A stretch of 64,000 nucleotides of DNA, from positions 2,528,491-2,592,490 of the forward strand of contig NW_002060951.1 in the NCBI RefSeq assembly GCF_000150275.1, read 5' to 3'. Positions 13,418 through 26,537 of this stretch are shown here, piece by piece. Numbering within the stretch: the first letter of the stretch is position 1; every line of letters starts with the position of its first letter. The DNA is from Trichoplax adhaerens (Eukaryota; Animalia; Placozoa). The translations under genes and the position numbers were made by a program. The notes beneath the pieces were generated by a model. The model was not told the origin of the DNA. It made no database searches and saw only the letters and a program-made list of their open reading frames with translations.

Positions 13418-14677
13418 ATGGCTTCGAAAGATTCTACAACTGTATCCTTTACTTCCTTCGAATCTCCTAAAATGGTGGACTTGCCTTACCACTCTATATA
13501 TGGTAATTGCCGAAATATAACCGAATTCGATAAATTAAACCGAATTGGTGAAGGTAGCTACGGAGTTGTCTATCGAGCTCGTGACTTAGATTCTAAAGAG
13601 ATTGTGGCGATAAAAAAGATTCGAATGGAAAATGAGAGGGATGGAATTCCAGTTAGCAGTCTTAGAGAAATTACGCTCCTTGTCAACTTAAAGCATATCA
13701 ACATTGTAAATTTAAAAGATGTTGTTGTGGGAAAACAATTAGATAGTATTTTTTTAGTTATGGAGTACTGCGAACAGGATCTGAGTAGTTTGTTGTACGA
13801 TAACATGAAAGCTCCTTTCACTGAACCACAGGTTGGCTTATACTCGCTTTGATTGGTTTATTATTAATTCTTGATAATGAACTCTATTATCGATATGTTT
13901 TAGGTCAAATGCTTATCGCTACAATTAATTCATGGAGTACAATATCTGCATCATAATTTTGTCATACATAGAGATTTAAAGGTTTCAAATCTATTATTGA
14001 CCGATAAAGGCATTCTTAAGGTTGCTGATTTTGGACTGGCCAGAAATTATGGTCTTCCTGCTGCTGTAAGTGTTAATATTTAACATTTGTTTTACTAGTG
14101 TTCAGAGAGATTTGTGATAATTTGATCTCTGCAAACAGATCCTACGATTCCGCATAATTTCTGTTAGCATTAACCAAATTAATTTCGTGCACGCGTTTTT
14201 ATCATTTAGCCAATGACACCCACTATTGTATCTCTATGGTATCGTGCTCCTGAAGTATTGTTAGGGTGTACCAAACATACCCTAGCAGTTGATATGTGGT
14301 CGGTTGGATGCATTATAGCGGAATTATTTGATCATAATGTATTTTTAAAAGGTAAATCAGAAAAAGATCAGTTAGATCTGATGTGTCAAATGCTTGGAAC
14401 TCCGAATGAGGCTATTTGGGAAGATATTCGTGACATGCCTCTATATGGAAAGATTATCTTAAGGCAGCAACCATATAATAATTTAAAGCACAAATTCTCT
14501 TGGTTGTCAGCTGCTGGCCTAAACTTGCTTAATAGTTTGTTAACGTATGATCCAGGTCGACGAATAACAGCTGATGAAACTTTAAAGCTTTCGTACTTTC
14601 GGGAGTCTCCATTACCTATAGAACCAGAGATGATGCCAACTTTCCCTCAACGTCGCAACCGATCATCGAAAGAGTAG
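13418..14677 (+). CDS. CDK10: Cyclin-dependent kinase 10 (PISSLRE type)
   Basis: Exons about 13418-13831, 13904-14065, 14210-14677. Motifs [77 protein letters not shown]. Confidence 0.95.
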
Positions 14678-17600
14678 TCTAATAAAATAAAACTAAATGC
14701 ATGTTGCTTACTATCAAGCACGAATTTTACAAAGATAAATATCGTTTATGAATACCTACAGTATAATGCAGGCATTGATAGTAAAGCTATAATTGACGTA
14801 CGATACTAAGTTTGAATTTATTAATTACAGATTACTTTCTATACTGTACAATACTCAGCGTATGAGCTTGTAAATGTTTATATGATTCAGTGGTTAACAA
14901 GGAAAGATTTATGATACTTTTGATATGTTACTATTAATGTACTGATGCGAATTGTGAATCATTCTGTACGTGTACGTAGAGTATACTTCATAATAGTATT
15001 CAATATTCTGGACTCGATTAGGATTGTTTAAACCAGTCGTGATACAATCGTCCATATAGTCTTAAGAAGATCGTTGTTCTAAATATTTTGAAAGAGAAAT
15101 ACAGTAACCATAATTTGATATTGTACACGTCCAGTTAATCATAAATCTCTTTAAGTTATTAATTTGCTAATCTTCATATTGTAATTTTCATTAATATGAG
15201 AAATAAGCGCACTTAAATACTCTCTCATATGGCGTGTTTCATGTATACAAACTTAAAAATTAGTTCCAGATAGTCGCACATTAAGCAGCGTAAGGTCACT
15301 AAGTTTAACTGACTATTTTATCTACCAAGTATAAAAAATAATATAATATTGTTAGCTATTCTGAGACTAGGGTCTTGAACACATAAAGCTGATTGTAATG
15401 TTTTGAAATTGTGTAACTGATGGAAATTCGATACATTCAGACACAAACTTTTATATTAAAAACATGCTGTTACAACTGATAGACTATATGAATTAGTTTA
15501 GACTTATCATAACTGGCATATTATAGAATCTCTTTAATAATTAAAATTAATTAATTGACCAACTCTCCAATATAGGATATAGCATTTTAGAAAACCACTT
15601 GTTTTCCCTCGTACGCGTATGTATGCGATTGTTGTAGATGTAAATGTGCTCGAACTCAACCAGTTTGATGCCGCATCTGTTGTAATTATTACGGTCGCGT
15701 CATAACTTAGTATTGGACCAACAGATTCCATTCATGGGCAATGCTTTCTTTCACAATGTGTCAAATTTCACTGCTCAGATCGGTTCGAGTTGGCGTAACT
15801 GTTATGATAGCGTAAATACGAAATACGAAATATTACGCTGTTTGACGATAGGATAGGTAAATACGTGTGTATAGTACTGTACTCCTATGCAATATGATTT
15901 ATGTTACACACCCACTAATAAATGAAATGATCACAGAATGAAACTTAAACTTTGGAAGATTTAAAGGTTGATAGCGTGTAAAGGAGATTATTTGATATAC
16001 GGTAGTACCAAGTACTGTACTTGTAAAGTATAAAGAGTAGTTGTACAAATTTTGTTTAGGAGATATATTATAGGCGGTAATAAATTATAATTAATATAAT
16101 TAATAGGCGTACTACTTTTTTTATTAGTAAATATTTAAAAAATTACAAGGACGAGCCAAACAGAATTGTTCTCCTTTAAATATATGTGCATATTAATGTA
16201 CTCTTAATTGTCAAGATTTCCAAATTTAATTAACCAAAGTTCAGATGTTACTCTGTAAAGAATCTAGAGGACGATCATTCTGCGGCTTTACAAACAAAGA
16301 GTTGAAATATTGTGAGATACCCAATCGTTCTGATTGTAATAGTCCCTATTTACATATGCGTATGAATGCACGTGTATACAAATATATTAGTTATGATACC
16401 TTGTTTCACGTGCGTAATTGGCTGGCAAAGTCAGTAAAATTAGTAAGCGAGGTTATAAATGTGTATGATAATATGGAATTACTGTAATTTCAGCAAACTA
16501 ATTATCCTTTCATAGTAGGCAATTCGATATACTATACACGACTGTGAATTCATATAATCCATTACAATAGATTAAAAAATTTGGCTTCACTTAAAAAAAA
16601 TTGAGTGCTTCGAAGCTAAGAATATACACTTCAACAACCGTTCAGTGAATCTATTACAATCTGCCTAGGCTGATACACTGTCTCTTTAATAACAAATCAA
16701 ATATCATTAGATCTCATGACTCTTAAGACTCATTACACTGATTGCAGTGTAGTAGCCAAAGGTAAAATAAAATTATAATTAAGCCAACTAAAATTATGAG
16801 TAGGAGGAGGGATGTGTTAAAAAACTAAAATTGTATACTCCTAATTCCACTATATAAAATTTACATATATTCTGAAGCCATCGCAAATAATGATTAACAT
16901 ATAAGTATTTACTTAATGATGCATCGTGATACTAGTCCAATCCTTATGTGTGATGCTTAAAATCTTTGCAACGTACAATATTCGTATGTTACTGATTGCA
17001 ATATCCTTAATTCTCCATGTAGCTTCAATAAGTCCGTACTAAAAACTTCGTATATATCATATCAGATTTTAACTTTATCAAGGAATTAAGTTTTCGAAGA
17101 ACTATATCACCTTTATCAATGTCCTCGTATGTACCTATGATTAATGAGAAATCTATTGCCCTTGCAAAGGATGATAGCTCAAGTCATATCAACCCAATAT
17201 TCATAGCAAAACAACAACAGAATAATCGCTAATAGATTGGAGAAACTATAGGTGTATACTGACACAACTAGGGTGAATCATTTATTTTCTTTTAAAAACT
17301 AGCTCTAGTATGACTAGAGCAAACAGGTAATCAAGCTGACAAACTCCACCGCATACCAAAATCTATTTATTAAGAGGCTACCGGCATAAATTGTAGGCAA
17401 CATTTCTGTAGCAACTCCAGATATCTTGTAATATTGTAGCTACTGTCAATGACGAAGGTACGATAATAAAATACATGTTTTCTATATACCCTTTCAATTG
17501 TAACATACATCAACAGCCAATTTAATTAAAGTGTAAAAGCCAATATGTGTTATATTCGAGGTCACTGTCACTAGATACAACCTGTAGCATCTGCAAGAGG

Positions 17601-18176
17601 TAAGTTAATGCAGTCTATTTCTGATATCTTTGTCTCAAACATTGTACTTCAAGAATCGATTTTATACGTGAATATGGACTTTGCTCCTTACATTCATCAG
17701 TGTTAGTTATCACATTAAGATAAAAGGCGGTATGCATATTTAACCTTCTTTAAAAATACAATGTAAAGGTACATACGCACGAGTCAATATTTATTGTGCG
17801 ATTCCGTTGCAGAATAATGGATGAGTTCATGTCTCATCAGATTGCGTCTGTTCGGGTTCAGTAAGGCATTTTCTGAATATAACATTCCAAAAGCTCCAAA
17901 ACAATTTTTATCTCACCAGACAATTTTTGGAGTAAGCGCTAAAAATTGACAAGTTTACGACTAAACTCTATTAAACGCGTAGCATTCCTTTTCAGATTAG
18001 AACTAAAGTAAAGGTGGATAAAATTATTTGCTGCAATAATGTTTGCTGACAACATTTATCGTCGAATTATATAATTACTGCAATTAAAATTAATTAATTA
18101 TCAAGTATATAAAAGTTATCTCGCTAATGCTGATTTTTTCGCCTGATGTTTCAGTTTTTGCAGCTATCTTTCTAAA

Positions 18177-19737
18177 ATGGAAAACGAACTCGCACGCAAA
18201 TGGAAATTGGATCATAGTGAAAACTTTGAAGAATACATGGTGAAATTGGGCAAGTGAATATAAGTATTTAAAAAGCAGATCTTTCAAATGATCTTAAACT
18301 AGTTTAAATCTCGCTCTTTACGATTCTATGGACTGTAACAAAATGCCACGTTCAAAAATTATTGCTGATGATTCTTAATTACAACGATATAAACATCATT
18401 TTGTTGATACTACAACGAGATTAAATTGAGAAATGATAATAATGCTTGAACCAAACTGCTGCATAAGTCTTTATCAGTGCTGTAACAGCAAACATTGTAA
18501 CAGATTACTCATTGAATCACCTTTAAGCATTTCGTTCAGACTGTTCTTAGTCTACAGATCAGAAGTTTCAGCAATATAGCCGCAACATTGTTATTTATGC
18601 AATACTCGTATATTTTTCTGTAGTGCAGAAGTTTAGCGTCTTAATGTTATTAATAGTTAAAAGATCGACATTCCAGAATTACTGGTAAAATTACTCATAA
18701 AAAGATCCAGTCTGTTCAATAAAATTACGGTGTCGTTGTAAAAAATAATATTTCAACTAACTGCAAGTATGAACTGCGAGTTAATGTTAAACAAGATATC
18801 ACTATGCGTATGTCGTCATGCACGATACTTTGTACGTTTATAATTTAGTATAAGTAAGTTTTCAGAATTTTTATTCAAAATTGTTTATTGTTTGTATGTG
18901 ATATGCTTCTAGGCGTTAACTTCGTCAAACGCAAGCTTGCTAAAGCAACCACGAATGTAGTGCAAACCATTACTATCGATGGCGACAACATTAGAATTGT
19001 TATGACCTCTCCAGTAACTACAAAAGATACTACATTCATCGTTGGTCAACCAGTCGAGGAGACGACTTTGCATGGAGAAAAAGTGAAGGTACTGTATTTA
19101 ATTATGCTCTTAATCTTTAACATCTGTTATACCTGCTGTTAAAGTACCCCAATGACTAAAGTTTTATTAAATTTATTAGGATAATTTCCGAGTTTTGGCT
19201 GTATTAGCTATAGCGTTTTGTTGCTATATATTAGTATTTCAATAAGATGTGCTGTAGACAACGCTGATCTTATTAAAATTGTAGATAAATAATTCTTTCT
19301 TTAATTTTTAATTTAAGCCTTACGATACAGTCAGAAATTATGTATTAAATTTTAATCTCATTTAAAAAAATTTCATCATAGTCTACATCTCAACTGCAGA
19401 TATTTATTCGAATCTTTTATTAACAGTAAAATTTTTCACTAAAAATATTTACGTAGACTACCATAAGATGGGAAGGTGATAAGTTAGTAGCAGAATCAAC
19501 TGAATGCAAACAACCACTAACCAATACGAGACATGTAGAAAATGGCATGATGGTCAATGTAAGTCTTAAATAAACTCTACAACTATGTTACTTGATTAGA
19601 TTATGAATTTTAGAACGAAGGAAAGTTCTATACAGTACTATAAAAGCGGTTAATGAAATGCTTCAACTATTATCTGGTTTTCGTAGACTCTAACTGTTGC
19701 TGATGTGACGTGCCGAAGATTCTATAAGAGCTCATAA
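18177..19737 (+). CDS. Fatty acid-binding protein (iLBP) paralogue 1
   Basis: Exons 18177-18249, 18913-19088, 19457-19558, 19687-19737. KWKLDHSENFEEYMVKLGV...TCRRFYK. Canonical four-exon iLBP structure. TATA-like tatataaaag at about 18106. Confidence 0.92.
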
Positions 19738-21082
19738 GAATTCATTATATACGGATATATTGGTTTTAGTAGTATTATCAATAGGAAAAATTTTTAATCA
19801 AAATCATATTTTACATTCGAAGGGCAGTAACTAGCCTTTTTGAAATTGCTGTAAGTTGTAAATTGACCAATATCCGGTAACAGTAGAAGATTTCGCATAA
19901 TGTAATGTTCACTAGTAAAAATGTAACATGTTTAGGATCAAATTCGAGGAATCTGCTTTGCTCATCATTTATAACTTTTCTAATAGTATGCTCATTTTTC
20001 AAATGTTTCGCCATACAAAGGTTAACAATCCTATTCGCATTGAGTGCAGCTATTACGAATTATTTCTTGAAAGCTGAATCGCGTAGTTAAGTTGAGTGGT
20101 ATCTGCAGCTATAAAGAAGTTTCAAGATTTTTACAAGTATGATAATAAAGCCAGCTGCTATATGATACTGTTACAGTCGCATTTATCTGACAATAAAAGA
20201 TGATTGGTAAAAAGTGAGCTTTTCCTTGTTAAATAAAAATATTTAGTGAATAGTATATTATGTGATGATGCAACATACTATAAGTATCATCACTAGTCTA
20301 TGGTGCCAAAGTGCCATGCCGTACATGATATCAAGATGACATCTTTAAAATTAATATATCATGTATCACATATACTGTAATATGCACTTCAGTTTCGCCT
20401 TCCGTAATGGCCTTCAGGAAATCGTCGTGAAAATATAATTATAGCCTGCTATACTAATGATTTTGGGAATACCATACAAATGTGTACGAGAATGGCATCT
20501 GACAGGCTTTTAATGTTAAAACCGTGAGTATGTGAAAATTGATTTAATCTTATTTCGAACATCGAGGTATCGAAATAACTAGAAGATATCTACCAGTATT
20601 TAGTTATAATCCCAATTAAATAAAAAGGAATCTACAATATTTGGATACAGCTTCTAAAATTTAACTTTGACATTGACTAACGACTACCTTGCAACAAGCC
20701 TTTGATTGATTGATGAAATCATCTGTGTTTACGTTACAGTAACCGATAAATTTACACTATTAAAATAGGCATCAATGATAAAAATTATACTTTCCCTGTT
20801 CGCACTGATATTATATATAGAGAGAGACAGTATATGTCTAACCCATTTTTTATAAAGTGGAAAAAGATAAAAAAATAATGTAAACATTGTTAACAAATCA
20901 TTTTATTGGCATATGTTCATAATTAGTCTATGGAATACAAAAATGTGGGATGCATTAATGTATAGATTACTAAATATTAACCAAGTACAGGAATACCCTT
21001 TTTAAATCGAATAAAAATATAAAACAGTTTTTAATCAAAACGTCAGATTTCCCCGAAAGATTTATTTCTAACTTTATCAGCT

Positions 21083-22244
21083 ATGAAATCACACACGCAA
21101 TGTCCGCTTGTTGGGACCTGGAAATTAGATCATACGGAGAACTATGATTGTTATTTGAAACAGTTAGGTATACGCAGGAAACAATAAAATACCGAAGTGT
21201 CATTTGCATTTCGCTATATTAATTAATATTGCATATCTTTTCCAGATAATTATATCACTTCATGTAGCAGTAAAGTTCATTTCTACTCCTCTAATATTTT
21301 AGGGGTAAACTCAGTTAAGCGACACTTGGCTATGGTGACAACTAACATCCAAGAAGAAATCCGCCAAATTGATTTGCAAACATTTGTATGTAAAATTTGG
21401 TCACCCGTTCTTACAAAACAGACCACTTATAAACTTGATCAAGAACTATCTGAGAATACTTTGGTTGGCGAAAGAGTCAAGGTAAAATACGAAGGTTTAG
21501 TAAAAACCGATCACTTGCCGGTAATTTGGATTTCTTTCAAAGCAGTAATTTTAACTTTGCCTATACTATAATCCGGCTAAGTTTTAAACTTCACATATTA
21601 AGAATGAGTTATGGCAAAAGATTGTCTGTAAAAGTAAAACAATTCAATAAAAATTTAAAACAGAAATCAAATTACACGCGAACATTTGAGATAGAGTACT
21701 TTTCCATTATATTGGTATATTTTCAAACGATACTGTAGTACATTAAAAATCCTATACTTATTATTAATAAACTTACCACTACTGGAATTCAACTATCAGA
21801 AACGATATTTTTGATAAGAATTTACTATAACAATTCTTCTTTCCTTTCAGTATACCTCTCATAAATACCATGTTACATATTTAGTTACCAACTTTAAATC
21901 ATTAATGCTTAGTTTTGTAAGTATGTGTATTAGTGGATCACGAATACTATGTTTTGAATGTAGCCTTTGACATTTTTTGCATATGTAGAGTATTATGAGT
22001 TGGGAAGAAGAGAAACTCTTTATTCGATGTACAGAATCGCGACAGCCGCAGCATGATGTCAGATACCTCGATGACGGATATATGATACATGTAAGAAGTT
22101 ACTTACAGAGATGCGATTAAATTTAGTTCTATGATTCTTTATCACCTGATATCGGTTATTAAGTAATAACCTTAATCCTTTGAACAATAGGAATATGTCG
22201 TTAATAACGTTCCCACAAAGCATTTCTACTTAAGGGTTAAATAG
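21083..22244 (+). CDS. FABP/iLBP paralogue 2
   Basis: Exons start at 21083, 21303, 21989 and 22191. GTWKLDHTENYDCYLKQLGV...PTKHFYLRVK*. Confidence 0.9.
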
Positions 22245-25200
22245 GAGACCCGTAGCAAATTTTCTACTGGTAAATCTTTTACTCGTACTACAAAATTAGG
22301 CTGGCTTTAAACCTGGCAAATTCTTAGCTTATACATCTACACTGAAGAACCGAACTAATTTGATAATGCTACTAAATTCTTTTATCGTATTCAATTATAG
22401 ATACTACATACTATTAGGCAGCATTATAATTCGATACAGATAAATCAGTTTAATGACTGATTAAAAGCCAGATAACGTATTGTATCTGCCACCCTAAACA
22501 GACGTCACGCACCACGGTCCGACTAAATATACTGGATCCCCTTAACGATTAGACTACTTACAAGTTGAAATGTAACCAACTGCTACCAGGAAATGTTGAT
22601 GGATATTAATAATGTTTACATGCTATAATTGATATCCTTTTAAGTATCAGTTCATACTTAACAAGTGATTATAATATTTCCTCGGCATCCGATTTACAGT
22701 ATTTTAAAGTTATGCCTAAGACGAATTATGACATCTACTATTCTGTTTGTTCATGGGACGAAGATTAATTTATTACAGATAAGAATAATCAGTAAATGAA
22801 TTGCTGCATGCCAAAGCATATACATTAATTCTATTCGATCGAGCGATAATGAAAGCATTTCATTTGATCACCGTTTACATTGCTGCCTTAAAGGCTCCTA
22901 TAGTATAGCGATCGGTAATGGATAGAAAATTATCAGTTTTACACTACTGTAAAAGCCGGCTATCGTATGTAACAAGTTAAAAATAGCTTAAAATTCATTC
23001 TAGAATTATGTGTACTAAATACCTACATATTTGAACAGTAAACAGCAGAAAATTGAACTGAGTACGCGTATTTATATACGCTAGAGTACATTAGTTATTG
23101 ACTAAATAATTAAGCATTGGAGATTATAATTTTAACTTTCATTCCGTTAATATAGAACTATAATTTCAAAAATTTAAAGAGACTTCAATTACATTTTTTA
23201 TATTAAGGCAATTATTTTAAATTTACGTTATCGTATGAGAATATAATCGCGTGATGTTACATTATGTACAAGGTGGGTGAAAAGTAAAATTATTAGATTA
23301 CTAACATTTTATCCCCGTTTAAAATTAGCGGGAAACTATTTTTTTCTAACTTATGGTCGCTAAATCTATTCACAATAGATTGTAGAATTACGTAGAGTAC
23401 AATTTAACTGCTGCGTACAACTAAGTAAACGGGAATTGCTATACATATGTATATTTGTTGACTGTCGACCAATGCGTATGTTTAGCTATAGATATCTATA
23501 CTTATATCTAGCTGCTCTTTAGCTAGAATTCGCCAGCTCTCTAATAGCTGCTAATGCTATATTACTGTTTATATCGTTGACAATAAACGCTAAAAATGAA
23601 TTCACAAAGTTTAGTTTCATATGCACAACCATTTACTTCCTTGACACCTTTAATGGCTTATTATCTAGTTAGATATCATAGTCATTCCATTTAACGCCAT
23701 CACTTGTAATTAGAAGTCATCACATATACTGAAATCGTGGCACAGTATCTCTGTCACGAAGTGACAGGACGTTAAGCTAGTGCTTCTAAAAAATAACTGT
23801 GTTTTGCAATTGGTTTACTAGCTTAGTGAAATTATAAGTGCTGTATCGCTCTTCATATTATGTGATGATATGAAATTTTTAAAGTTTGATTTTAGAGGAT
23901 TGTAGTCGCGCACCCATACGTGATTATACGGATAGCTATATTTGATATAATTAGGTTGCCTTGAATAGATATTACCGTGAAGCTAATATTAGGTGATTAC
24001 TGACTACTATATTAGAAATTGTTGTTGACTAATAGCAGCCAGTCGACTAATTATGGTACAAGATTTACGTAGCTAGAAACACTGTAGTTGCTAAGATGCC
24101 CTTCGGAGAAAGGGCCTAGACGTTAATAGAAGAGTAGTGACATCTTAAGTAGAATGATTTAGATCGTAGAAAATAATGATGTGCTGTTAGAGAAAAGTAT
24201 TTTGTTTGATGACTCATGTCTGATTGTAGATTAATCAAGTTGTCATAAATGGATTTGACGAAATATTTATAAGAACTGCAGAGATGAGCTCACCGAGGAG
24301 AAGCGACTTCACTTCGCTTTGAGCTCGGAATACTTTAGATTTTAGACTAGATTCTTCTAGTGATTAATTATTTCTCTACTATTCCTAAAACCTTGTAATA
24401 AAAGCCTTTTTAGAAAATAGTATTTGACAAAGATAGTTACTGTGAGACGCATTTATTTTAAGGATCTATTAATCTTAAGTGAGGCTATTGTGCATGAACA
24501 ATTAGCGTTCTTACAGTTATATGAATAAACTTTATCGAATAATTAACTTTTAATTAAAGATTTCTACTTTGTATGAAAGGTTAAGATTTCCTTAATTAGA
24601 TCACTAGATTTATTGCTGCTTATGTAAATCTAAAGATATTTTATATCTTTAAATTTAGTTAGATATAAAAAAGCATCATGTACGCTATAATTTAAAATAG
24701 CTTTTATCTCTATTACATTAGAAAGATATTACGATTACTATGTTCATTCTATGATACCTGACCATAAATGAGACATCTTATAAGTGATTTAGACTAAGAA
24801 TGCTTACAGGATTTCGAGTATAAAAATAAACTAGTGAATTTCTACTTTTAAAGAGTAGAACTAAGGAAGAGTTAATATTCATAGCTTATATCTAATAGAT
24901 TTATAAATATAGAACTAAATGTATTGTGCTTTAAACATTTTAACTCTAACGCCGCATGCGGCATATTACTGAAGTCAAACGTTAGGCACATAATCAAAAT
25001 AGTCAGAAATGGCAGAGTGTAAACTCCACTTATAATCTAAGTACGGCATTTTATCCGGCACAGTGTACCATCACTGTAAAAACAAAAATAAATGATTTTG
25101 TCTAATTTACTACTTTGACAGCGCAATTGCACAAAGATAACTTTCGAGTTATTGCAAGAATGAAATATCAAAATTTTTTCTGTAGGATAGTGAAATAATT

Positions 25201-26537
25201 GCCAATTCTTAGTAACAAGACTTTAAGGATGATAATTGTTAGATTCGTTCTACGATGTCATCACTCCTAAAATTAGTAAGCTGTGCTTTGTAAATCTAGA
25301 TATTCCAGAGGAATGCGCCTGCCAAATGAAATTAGTAAGTCTGTAATTAATTGATATAATATTACCTATCGCTGCTGATTAGTAATTGGCATTGTGTATA
25401 TAAAATTAAGTATTGATACCATAAACAAATATACTGTACAATAGCCAAAGCGGATCTAGTAGAACGTTAAAGCTACGTTTATAGGTAATATAGGTTCGAT
25501 TTATTTCCGTGTTGAATAATTGACTTGTTTGCTAAATCACTTTCAAATTCCTTTAAAGTTGAATTATAGCTAGTAACAATCTTCAGTAACTGGGAGGTTA
25601 TACGATATGAGCATATGTTACAATATTTATATTTTGTCAATTGAATTACACAAATCTTCTCAAGTGAGATATTAATGAAAATGTTATGTACACAACAGCC
25701 ACATGTATTACACTCGTAATCTCAGATACAACACCATTACTACGTCAGTCTTTAAACTTCCTTTTGATTGCGTACTATTAATATATTGGTTCCGGTAATT
25801 GTTTTCCTGATATTCCTTTTACTGGTTTAAAATAAAGTGAACGCATTGTAGCAATATGATATTGTACATATAACACATATTACAAATATGAATTATTTTA
25901 CTGGAATTATTATATGCTAATTATTTGCCAATTACGGAGTAGCTACCCGAAAAAAATTTGTGGCCTGAATTTCCTCAGAACTTTTCAAGGATTTTTTAAG
26001 TTTCTATAGGTTCCATACAGTACGGTATGAGCCTTACCGTTGAAGTTAAAGCAATAACCAAAAAGTTGCTACGTAATCTTATTTCGATTGCAGTTCATAA
26101 AGCATTTCGAAAATTAATAAGATTTCATTATTCAATGACGAAATCTATGGTTAAATTACCTTTAGAATTCAAAGTGATACCTCTGATCCAGGAGGTTATT
26201 TATACGGTAATTCCAATACTACGGGTAATTCCTTCTAGGCAAACATGACCTTAATGATGATTGTGCTAAAGTATGCGCGTCTGCCTACAGATACCGTTAT
26301 TAAGTAAACGGATATACGTATCTCTTGTTTAGCTTAATAGTGCTTAAAATATCAGTATGTACGTATACAAAGTACTGTTAATGTACTGCATAAAGTAAAG
26401 ACAAAAATGTAGAATAAAGCAAAGGCGCATATTAAACGCCATATGCGATATGCAAGATAGTATATAAACGAAACATATGTGACTGGATCGTGCATTCTCC
26501 TTGGAAGAGCTAGGGTGTTCGTCTCGAATGTGAAAAA

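Noticed and set aside
13441-13450. GTATCCTTT resembling a U12 donor
   Set aside because: It lies within continuous CDK10 coding sequence and no intron is needed.
24286-24326. Short hairpins (also ~1574-1596, ~6924-6945, ~24098-24115)
   Set aside because: Short stems of this kind are expected by chance in 64 kb.
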